Of a stretch of 64,000 nt of DNA, positions 56,474 through 64,000 are shown one piece after another. This stretch comes from an uncultured Candidatus Saccharibacteria bacterium. Lineage in GTDB: Bacteria > Patescibacteriota > Minisyncoccia > Phycocordibacterales > SW-6-46-9. The stretch spans positions 188,171 through 252,170 of the forward strand of contig CAZHOI010000001.1 in NCBI GenBank assembly GCA_964534365.1. Direction: 5' to 3'. The position numbers were made by a program, and so were the translations under genes. The first letter of the stretch is position 1. Each line of letters begins with the position of its first letter. The notes under the pieces are model-generated. The model did not search any database, was not told the DNA's origin, and was given only the letters and a program-made list of their open reading frames with translations.

Positions 56474-56902
56474 TTATCGCAATAGTGATTCGTCAACCTC
56501 GGTTATTTTTACACTGTCAACCACCGCCAGGTCGAGCAATTCAGCAACTGCGCCTACCATTGAAGCTATAAACGCTGCCACTGCAGCATATAATGCAATC
56601 TGAGACATCCGCAAGCTTTGTTCGGTACGTTGGTGGCTAAAATAAACCCCACGACCATAAAGTGATAGCATTCTGGTAGCTTCGATTGTAGTTTTGTTAT
56701 CATTATTTTTGACCCGGGGGAAATAATTTTTCAAAATATGTTCACGTAATAGCATTTCTGCCTCGTCATTATCTAAATCAAGGTCCAATCTCATCTGATC
56801 GATGCTAAATTTATTTTTTTCTTTGGCATATTTTAAACAGCGATAAAACATATCAGCTTCGAGGCTGACTAGTTTGATCGTTGGAAACAACCTAGTTAAC
56901 AC
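56474..56902 (-). CDS. Hypothetical protein with C-terminal hydrophobic segment
   Basis: 142-aa ORF. Confidence 0.45.
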   Translation of the reverse strand: MLTRLFPTIKLVSLEADMFYRCLKYAKEKNKFSIDQMRLDLDLDNDEAEMLLREHILKNYFPRVKNNDNKTTIEATRMLSLYGRGVYFSHQRTEQSLRMSQIALYAAVAAFIASMVGAVAELLDLAVVDSVKITEVDESLLR

Positions 56903-56947
56903 AATTTGATTATATCAAAAACCACCTGTGATTTTAGTGGCTGGTGA

Positions 56948-57154
56948 TTATTTGATCACGTATGGCATTAATGCCATGAATCGAGCGTGCTTTATTGCTT
57001 TGGTGAGCGAGCGTTGGTTATTTGCGTGTGTTCCGGTCACCTTGGCCGGCATTATTCGACCGGTCGCATTTACAAATTTTTTCAGTGTTGCGATATCTTT
57101 GTAATCAATGTGATTGATATTGTGTTTTTGGAAGTAGTCTTGTCCTTTTGCCAT
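56948..57154 (-). CDS. rpsR: 30S ribosomal protein S18
   Basis: [50 protein letters not shown]. Confidence 0.85.
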   Translation of the reverse strand: MAKGQDYFQKHNINHIDYKDIATLKKFVNATGRIMPAKVTGTHANNQRSLTKAIKHARFMALMPYVIK

Positions 57155-57193
57155 ATCTTTTTTCGTTAGATAATTTTAGAAAATTATCTGCCT

Positions 57194-57225
57194 CATGGCA
57201 TAGATTTTTTTACAAAATCTATTAG
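57194..57225. repeat. Palindromic motif ATGGCATAGATTTTTTTACAAAATCTATTAGC, copy 2 of 2
   Basis: Near-identical to 21331-21361; lies 40 bp upstream of the rpsR start. Confidence 0.5.
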
Positions 57226-57508
57226 CAGTCATAATCTAAAATTTTTACTTTAATTAATATTATTTTGATTTTTATTTAGATGAAGTACGCGGCTCAAAAA
57301 AAATTAATTTGGAAGCGTATGCGCAATACGATTAAAAATTAATTATTATGCAGCAACAAAGTAATTCGCTAAATAAATTTTTAATAATTATTTTAGTAAA
57401 TTTAGACAATGAAATTCGAGGAAGTAGAGAATATTTTGGAGACATATATATAATACGTTGAGGAAATTATTAAACGCTACTGACCAAGAATTTCGAAGTA
57501 TCAATTTT

Positions 57509-57955
57509 CTAAAATGGGATGTCGTCGGGATTGATAGTAGACTCTGGATAATCAATCTCTTTAGATTTAGAATTTGATTTATTATCCGATCCCCCATCAT
57601 TTGATTTGCTGGAACTAGATGATCCACCCGAGCCCTTTGGTCCAAACTGAACCCGATCTGCTACCACTTCGGTTCGATAACGTTTTTGACCGTCTTGCTC
57701 CCATGACCTAGTTTGAATACGTCCTTCGATCAGGGCCATGGATCCTTTCTTCAAGTACTGCGCAGTAGTTTCAGCCTGTCGCCCAAATACCACAATGTTA
57801 TGGTAATCGGTTTGTTCTTGACGTTGTCCTTGACCATCAGTATAGGTTCGATTGGTAGCAATGGAAAACGAAGCCACTTTTACTCCTGAGGGTAATGATT
57901 TTAATTCGGGGTCTCGTGTTAGATTGCCGATTAATAATGCTTTGTTTAGATACAT
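57509..57955 (-). CDS. ssb: Single-stranded DNA-binding protein
   Basis: OB-fold N-terminus, Gly/Ser-rich linker, C-terminal DDIPF tail. Confidence 0.9.
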   Translation of the reverse strand: MYLNKALLIGNLTRDPELKSLPSGVKVASFSIATNRTYTDGQGQRQEQTDYHNIVVFGRQAETTAQYLKKGSMALIEGRIQTRSWEQDGQKRYRTEVVADRVQFGPKGSGGSSSSSKSNDGGSDNKSNSKSKEIDYPESTINPDDIPF

Positions 57956-57972
57956 ATAATTATTGTATCAAA

Positions 57973-58455
57973 CTATTCTTCATTTTCTTCTGTTTTTTGC
58001 TCCGTTTTTGGTTCCGTATTATCCTCGCCTTCTGATTCTTCATCGTCTGATTCGTCTTCAAACTCTTCTTCATCAGGGTTATATTCGTCAGTCAAGGTTG
58101 TAACAAAATCCTCGCGAGTGGTTTTAATAATTAAAAACCTGATAATTGATTTGTTAGCCTTGATAGTTGATTCTAAGTCGCTAATTAATTCTGGATCTTG
58201 TTTGAATTTAATCCAATTGAAATAAGCATCTTTATAATCCCGGCGTTTACCTTCAGTTTTAACGGTGATCTCATAAGCCAGATTACGCAATCTGGGTTCA
58301 CCACTAGAAAGCACCGCGCCGGATCCCTGAGCGACCGTGTCGCCCAATGAAGTGAATAGTTTGTCCACTTTGTCTTCGGAAAGCTTGGGGTCGACCAGAG
58401 TTGCTAGTTCATAGACCACCAGCTTGGAATCCTGGTTTTGGTTATTTTCTGTCAT
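57973..58455 (-). CDS. rpsF: 30S ribosomal protein S6 with acidic C-terminal tail
   Basis: S6-like core (VVYELATLVDP...RLRNLAYEI...); conserved rpsF-ssb-rpsR order; start taken at MTENN (58455) because the ORF-track start lies inside the repeat. Confidence 0.8.
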   Translation of the reverse strand: MTENNQNQDSKLVVYELATLVDPKLSEDKVDKLFTSLGDTVAQGSGAVLSSGEPRLRNLAYEITVKTEGKRRDYKDAYFNWIKFKQDPELISDLESTIKANKSIIRFLIIKTTREDFVTTLTDEYNPDEEEFEDESDDEESEGEDNTEPKTEQKTEENEE

Positions 58456-58474
58456 AACTCGCCGATTGTAACAT

Positions 58475-58551
58475 GTCATCCGTCATCCGTCATCCGTCAT
58501 CCGTCATCCGTCATCTGTCATCCGTCATCTGTCATCTGTCATCTGTCATCT
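58475..58551. repeat. Heptanucleotide tandem repeat (GTCATCC/GTCATCT) x 11
   Basis: Eleven perfect 7-mer units read directly from the sequence, between the tatD stop and the rpsF start. Confidence 0.9.
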
Positions 58552-58553
58552 GT

Positions 58554-59369
58554 TTAAAGATTGAACACTCGTCTGGCGTTGGCCACCAACTGCATTTGAA
58601 AGCTTTGCAGTGATTTTTCACCTCTAATCATGAATAAAGCTTTGATGACTTCATCAACATATAGGGGCGAGTTTTGTTTACCTCTATGAGGTACAGGCGC
58701 AGCATAAGGGGCGTCAGTTTCTGCATGAATCATATCTGATGGAATATATTTAATAACTTGATCATAATCACGAGCAAACGTAATTGGACCATCAAATGAC
58801 AAGGTAAAATTAAGATCCAAAAAACGCTTGGCTATTTCCCGATTACCGACAAAAAAATGCACGTTACCTGGCCATTCCGGTAGCTCGTCCCTCCGTTGGG
58901 ATAAAATTTCAATCATATCCAGATACGCATTCATGGTACCTTTGGAAGGGCGACCATGTAGCATTAGTGGTAACTGAAACTCTGCGGCTAATTCAATTTG
59001 TTTCCTTAAGTTATTTACTTGGACATCGTAAACTCTATCACGTGGCGTTCGATAGTAATCCAGTCCACACTCCCCAATTGCTATAATCTTTTTTTTAGCC
59101 AAATGGTGCCTGAGGCCTCCTGAGTTAACACCGAGTATACTTCGATATATCGCAGTATCAAAGTCATTTAATTCAGTCGGGTGCTGACCGATAGTGGCCC
59201 ATATATTTTCATGCTTATTAGCCAACTCCACCGCAGCTCGCGAAGTTTCAATATTAGTCCCGACAACAATTGTTCCCCAATTTCGATTTTCTAATTCCTG
59301 AATCACCTCTACTCGAGAATTATCAAAGTCTGCAAACTGCAAATGACAATGGATGTCAATTACCTTCAT
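58554..59369 (-). CDS. tatD: TatD-family metal-dependent hydrolase/DNase
   Basis: MKVIDIHCHL N-terminal motif, GECGLDY, His/Asp metal ligands. Confidence 0.85.
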   Translation of the reverse strand: MKVIDIHCHLQFADFDNSRVEVIQELENRNWGTIVVGTNIETSRAAVELANKHENIWATIGQHPTELNDFDTAIYRSILGVNSGGLRHHLAKKKIIAIGECGLDYYRTPRDRVYDVQVNNLRKQIELAAEFQLPLMLHGRPSKGTMNAYLDMIEILSQRRDELPEWPGNVHFFVGNREIAKRFLDLNFTLSFDGPITFARDYDQVIKYIPSDMIHAETDAPYAAPVPHRGKQNSPLYVDEVIKALFMIRGEKSLQSFQMQLVANARRVFNL

Positions 59370-60886
59370 TTTCGGGGGAACAAATTATCAGGCTTTGCCC
59401 TTTCATCAATAGCGTGCATAATTTTTTGTGCTGTGTCGGGCAAAGCTGGTTGCAATAAAACCGCCAATTCGTGCAACCGTATCGCGCAATAGGCAACATC
59501 GGCCTTGGCCTTAACTTCATTAGTTTTAATTGTTTTAAAAGGTTCTTCGGTTGCAATATATTCGTCCAAGGCCCCTAGTTCTGACCACAACCAATCCATA
59601 GCTTCATTAAATTTAAAATTGTTGATTAAACCAAAATATTTAATAGCTTCATCACTAGCAATAATTTCAGCTTGATCTTGTACCCCATAATCGACTTCAT
59701 ACTGTTCTGCCATAGTAAGTACCCGAGAAACTAAATTACCTAAACCATTTACTAGTCCGGATTGATAAGCGGCAGCAAAACGATTAGCGGTTACGTCAGA
59801 ATCATCTATTGGGTGGACGTGCCGTAATAGATAATATCGCAAGGCATCAGTGCTATAATCAGAAATTAAATTAAATGGATCAATGACATTTCCAATTGAT
59901 TTAGACATTTTCTGACCCTCTGAATTAATAAAACCATGATAAAACACCCGATCGGTTGGCTGTAATTCAGCTGACATCAGCATCGCCTGCCACATTAGCG
60001 ATTGCATGCGCACCTGGTCCTTGCCAGCAAATTGCACGGTCTCTGCTTCATTCCAAAACTCTTCAAATAAATTGGTTGCCCCATCTTCTGTCTCGACGGG
60101 TTTATCCAGCATTTTTTCTCCCCGAGAATTATTCTGAGCCGCGCCCTCTGGGGCCTTGGCGTAGGTGGGCCACCCTAAAGTAGAAATATAATTTGTTAGA
60201 GCATCGAACCAAACATACATTACATGATCATCGTCACCTGGCACAGCAACCCCCCAATCCAGTTGGTCGCGATGTCGTGAAATTGAGAAATCTTCCAATC
60301 CACCGGACACAAAAGACCTGGCCCAGTCGCGTTGATGGTTAGGTATCACCGTTTTTTCATCACTTAAATAATCCAGCAAAGGCTGTTCGTAGCGCGAGAA
60401 TTTAAAGAAATAATTTTCGGTGGTTACTTCTTCAGGTTTCTTATTGTGATCAGGACATTGACCATCAACTAAATCACGATCAGTAAGAAAAAGTTCGCAA
60501 CCGACACAATACATACCCGTAAATTGTTTTTTATAAATATCCCCTGCCGCCTCGCAGCGACGCCACATTTCTGTTGCTGCTAATTCGTGTTCGGGATCGG
60601 TAGTGCGTATAAAAGTATCGTTCGAGATATCAAATTGCTGCAGTAGATTTTGAAATTCATTTGCGTATTGATCAACGTATTGTTTGGGATCTTGACCTTT
60701 CTCCCCCGCCGCTTGTTTAATTTTCTGACCATGCTCATCAGTGCCGGTATTAAAAAAAACATTATGGCCCTGTAATCGCAAAACCCTGGCGTAATAATCC
60801 GCCTGGACAAATTCAAGGGCATGCCCAATATGAGGACGTGCATTCACATATGGCAAAGTAGTGGTTAAATAATACGATTTTGTCAT
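59366..60886 (-). CDS. metG: Methionine--tRNA ligase
   Basis: HIGH-type motif PHIGHA, KMSKS motif, zinc-knuckle Cys cluster. Confidence 0.9.
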   Translation of the reverse strand: MTKSYYLTTTLPYVNARPHIGHALEFVQADYYARVLRLQGHNVFFNTGTDEHGQKIKQAAGEKGQDPKQYVDQYANEFQNLLQQFDISNDTFIRTTDPEHELAATEMWRRCEAAGDIYKKQFTGMYCVGCELFLTDRDLVDGQCPDHNKKPEEVTTENYFFKFSRYEQPLLDYLSDEKTVIPNHQRDWARSFVSGGLEDFSISRHRDQLDWGVAVPGDDDHVMYVWFDALTNYISTLGWPTYAKAPEGAAQNNSRGEKMLDKPVETEDGATNLFEEFWNEAETVQFAGKDQVRMQSLMWQAMLMSAELQPTDRVFYHGFINSEGQKMSKSIGNVIDPFNLISDYSTDALRYYLLRHVHPIDDSDVTANRFAAAYQSGLVNGLGNLVSRVLTMAEQYEVDYGVQDQAEIIASDEAIKYFGLINNFKFNEAMDWLWSELGALDEYIATEEPFKTIKTNEVKAKADVAYCAIRLHELAVLLQPALPDTAQKIMHAIDERAKPDNLFPRK

Positions 60887-60925
60887 TATTATAGGATATC
60901 GGATTAATCATTTATTCTCTAGCGA

Positions 60926-61996
60926 CTATTTATCGTCTAGTGATTTCAGACTCACCAGCTCAAATATGGATTTATGATCAGAACTTTTAAACGATTCTAG
61001 ATCAGACACAAATTCCATTAACCCCGCAGCCATCGGGACCGCCAAAATTAAGCCCAAAAATCCCGCCAACTGGGCACCAATTAGCAAAGATATAATTACG
61101 ATGATAGCTGGCACCCCAACTACTTTTTTAACCACAATTGGGTGAAATACGTGATTTTCAAGCTGCTGAATTACGAAATATAATAGTGCTACCAATAGTC
61201 CCAACTCAACTCCTCCATCTACAAAACCAACTAATATCGCTGGAATCGAGGCTAAAATAGGTCCAAAAAGTGGAATCAGTTCAAACATACCTGCTAAAAC
61301 CGCTAGCAAAAAGGCACCTTCAACCCCCAATATCCACAAGCCGATGAAGGAAAACACCCCAACAATTAATGACAATAATAGCTGTCCCTGTAACCAAGCT
61401 CCGATTTTCTTTCTGGTACGCCGCCACAAGTCGATGACATAATATTCATATGATCGTGGCGAAATTATGCGCAAGAAATTGGCAACCCCGTCTTCCTGAA
61501 CTGCTAGGTAAAACGAGATGACTACAATTAGAGCAAATGAAACTAATCCGCCAAATACGACATTAAATACCCCGACCGGAGAAGCTACGATATCAGTCGT
61601 AGCCACTCGAACCGAATCAAAAATCCCCTCTAAAGGCACCGTATTTTTAATCGAACCTAGGATCGGTGAAGAAACATCACTACCAGTTCCCAAAGATTCT
61701 ACATAGGAAGGAAATTGATTAGCCAGGGCCTGAAATTGCGCCACCACTGATGGGATAAAGAAATACACCGCCCCAAATAGAATTATCGCCGAAAGTAAAT
61801 AAACAATTACCACCGCATACACCCGGTCAATTTGATGGCGTTTGAACCAAGCAGTAATTGGTTCAATTGCGGACGCAACCACTATGGCAGTCAAAACAAT
61901 TAAAAACACATCACGCAATAGAAACAGTAAATAAGCGGCAAAAAACACCGCCACAACCTTTACGATCTGACTAAAAGGTATTTCTAATTTCACCAC
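60926..61996 (-). CDS. AI-2E family transporter (PerM/UPF0118)
   Basis: 8 TM helices, 356 aa, typical composition. Confidence 0.8.
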   Translation of the reverse strand: MVKLEIPFSQIVKVVAVFFAAYLLFLLRDVFLIVLTAIVVASAIEPITAWFKRHQIDRVYAVVIVYLLSAIILFGAVYFFIPSVVAQFQALANQFPSYVESLGTGSDVSSPILGSIKNTVPLEGIFDSVRVATTDIVASPVGVFNVVFGGLVSFALIVVISFYLAVQEDGVANFLRIISPRSYEYYVIDLWRRTRKKIGAWLQGQLLLSLIVGVFSFIGLWILGVEGAFLLAVLAGMFELIPLFGPILASIPAILVGFVDGGVELGLLVALLYFVIQQLENHVFHPIVVKKVVGVPAIIVIISLLIGAQLAGFLGLILAVPMAAGLMEFVSDLESFKSSDHKSIFELVSLKSLDDK

Positions 61997-62022
61997 TCTA
62001 TAATAGCACTTACTAGTGGTAC

Positions 62023-63909
62023 TTACTCGACCACTATTGCTTCGGATCGATTAAAATTGCTGTCGTTTCTTAATTCAGTTGTAATTGGACCAATCGCTTG
62101 GGTTTTGTCAGTTTGATTTTGTGAGTAGTAAAACATAATATCACCCAGCAGTACGGCGGCTAAACCTAATTGGCTACGCTCGGGCCTAAGCGCTACTTGA
62201 AACTGCGTCGCTTGTGCACCAGTTGATAAATTCCAAATTAGTTGATTACCTCGTACCTGAATGTTTTGTGGAGGGTTTAGGATAACTACGTTATTTGGGA
62301 TTCGGGCCACCATCTGATCCGCCACCGCCCCAGAAGCAGTCAGCGAGACATCTAAATTGATCGTATAAGTTGTTTCCTGATTTATTTTAGGTGGCAAGGG
62401 GCCGCGATTACTGAAATTAGACTGTCGATACGTGGCAAAAGCATCTAGTCCTGCTGATGGTTTAACCACATATTCATACGTACCACCAGCCAGTGAACGC
62501 CTAGTAGTTGCTTGTTCGGCAATGACTCCAGCCACGGCGTAATTAATATTTAGTATTTGACCAGCACCTGGCACGACCGAAAATTGTAATTCGACTGACT
62601 CGCCAGGACGTAATGATGCCAAAGCGCTATTGGTGCTTGAATTGAAAGTTACTTGATTAGAAACTTGATTGAAATTACCTCGATTAGGTTTGACAGAATT
62701 TACTTGCCCGATTAAATCAAATACAACCTCTAGACCGGTAATACTTGAATCAGTAGTGTTAGTAACCTCGAACTCTAATTCGGCTTCGTTATCAATTACC
62801 AACTCGGTCACGGTATTTCTTTCGATCAAAATTGGTGGTAACACAACACTGATATCACGTTTTAAATTAACAAGTGCCAAACCCTGGCTGTCTTTCACCG
62901 TAGTGGTAACCGTTATTAATCCCGAGGTAGTCCGATCCGCCTGGATGCTGCCACTGACTTGGACCGGCTGTTGTGGGGTAGGAGCTGGTATCGTTATAAT
63001 TTTGCTTTCATCATCTGTGGTTTGATTTTCCAGGTTAATCCCAAGCCCAGCCGCGCGATCAAATTCAATGATTAACTCATCTTCATCAAATTCGGCGGTT
63101 GTACTGATTACTAATGAAAACGGCAGCTCTTCTCCCACTGTTAGTTCTGACGGAAAATCATCTTGTAATGATATTTTAGTGCGTTCGATAGTGAATTCGC
63201 TATTAAACTCGAGAGCAAATAAATTAGCTGAATCTAAACCAGTATATTCAAGCTCGAAATCCAACTCGACTGGATCGCTTAGTTTACCCAATACTATCAA
63301 TGGTACCTCGAGACGTTTTATCTGCCCTGCTCCGATTAATCCAACTTCGGTCCTGGTTAAACGTTGGTTTTCAGGACTGGTGGCACCAGTTTGATATTTT
63401 GTCACTAACACTGCATTAGCCATCGGATTAGGATTCTGATTTTCAATGATAACCGTGCTTTGTAAGACTTCTCCAGTAACAACTTCAGCTGGGGGCGCTA
63501 CTCTAATCTGAACCAATTCTAGATCTATACCCCCGCGGTCATACCACCATACAAATCCAGCAACAGTTGAAGCTACTATCAACAGCCCAATAGTGATTAG
63601 CAAGGTTCTGCGATACCAATTAGTTCTTTGACCAGATTCTAGCGTCGCATCCAAGGGCTTACGGGCAGACTTGACCTTTACATCATCATCAATCCAATCT
63701 GACGGAGCATTTGATTGCCGGTTTTCGATTGATGCGTCTTCTAGGTTTTGATATTGATTAGTATTGGTGTTTGTTTCGTTTAGTTTCTGTGACAAATTTT
63801 CAAGCGGCTGCTTGTGTAGTGTGTCATTGATAATTTTATCTTTTTGTAACTGATGAGACTGCGAAGGTATATGCGAGCTAGACTTCTTAAATTTAGAGAA
63901 CAAATTCAT
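62023..63909 (-). CDS. Hypothetical membrane-anchored protein with large extracytoplasmic beta-rich domain
   Basis: TM LLITIGLLIVASTVAGFVWWY; 628 aa. Confidence 0.55.
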   Translation of the reverse strand: MNLFSKFKKSSSHIPSQSHQLQKDKIINDTLHKQPLENLSQKLNETNTNTNQYQNLEDASIENRQSNAPSDWIDDDVKVKSARKPLDATLESGQRTNWYRRTLLITIGLLIVASTVAGFVWWYDRGGIDLELVQIRVAPPAEVVTGEVLQSTVIIENQNPNPMANAVLVTKYQTGATSPENQRLTRTEVGLIGAGQIKRLEVPLIVLGKLSDPVELDFELEYTGLDSANLFALEFNSEFTIERTKISLQDDFPSELTVGEELPFSLVISTTAEFDEDELIIEFDRAAGLGINLENQTTDDESKIITIPAPTPQQPVQVSGSIQADRTTSGLITVTTTVKDSQGLALVNLKRDISVVLPPILIERNTVTELVIDNEAELEFEVTNTTDSSITGLEVVFDLIGQVNSVKPNRGNFNQVSNQVTFNSSTNSALASLRPGESVELQFSVVPGAGQILNINYAVAGVIAEQATTRRSLAGGTYEYVVKPSAGLDAFATYRQSNFSNRGPLPPKINQETTYTINLDVSLTASGAVADQMVARIPNNVVILNPPQNIQVRGNQLIWNLSTGAQATQFQVALRPERSQLGLAAVLLGDIMFYYSQNQTDKTQAIGPITTELRNDSNFNRSEAIVVE

Positions 63910-64000
63910 GTCTGCATTATAACACCAAGCTTATAGCTGAGAATTCTCTAGCGCTTGCCAGATGGATTTCTTTAACGTCGCCAAATCATAATTCGACTGT

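Noticed and set aside
58475-58551. CRISPR array?
   Set aside because: The 7-bp units are contiguous with no spacers; this is a microsatellite, not a CRISPR. No CRISPR repeats or cas genes were seen anywhere in the window.

Overview
This is a low-GC (~38-40%) bacterial chromosomal segment with small, tightly packed genes. Its style resembles a reduced-genome Patescibacteria/CPR-like organism, but that is inference only. Housekeeping genes present include ndh (partial), def, uppP, dps, msrB, ftsK, recA, efp, rpsF-ssb-rpsR, tatD and metG, plus a P-type ATPase, a GH13 enzyme, a pilin, an L,D-transpeptidase, tRNA-Asp, tRNA-Met and initiator tRNA-fMet. The most striking feature is a ~6.3-kb integrative element (892-7184) inserted into the anticodon loop of a host tRNA-Thr(GGT) gene. 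Both halves of the host tRNA survive at 854-891 and 7178-7222 and share the 7-bp core ATGGTAA. The element supplies its own intact tRNA-Thr(GGT) and carries two tyrosine recombinases. It also carries a fused HTH(XRE)-ImmA/IrrE metallopeptidase translationally coupled to a DUF4411 PIN-like nuclease (an ICEBs1-ImmR/ImmA-like or toxin-antitoxin-like module), and a convergent zinc-ribbon membrane protein. Other notable loci are a complete ligase-associated DNA-damage-response operon (exonuclease, ATP-dependent ligase, Lhr-like helicase, PdeM) and a sigma-70 gene broken by a frameshift. A REP-associated tyrosine transposase (RAYT) is flanked by inverted REP-like repeats with a third solo copy nearby. 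An 11-unit heptanucleotide tandem repeat sits just upstream of rpsF. A ~310-bp long-range inverted repeat (MITE- or ncRNA-like) lies in a 1-kb intergenic region. There are also two GC-enriched atypical segments (39.1-39.8 kb non-coding; 43.1-44.1 kb with two terminator-flanked small ORFs), a tRNA-Asp 3'-end repeat suggesting an old att scar, and a 32-nt palindromic motif present twice. No CRISPR array and no rRNA genes were seen.
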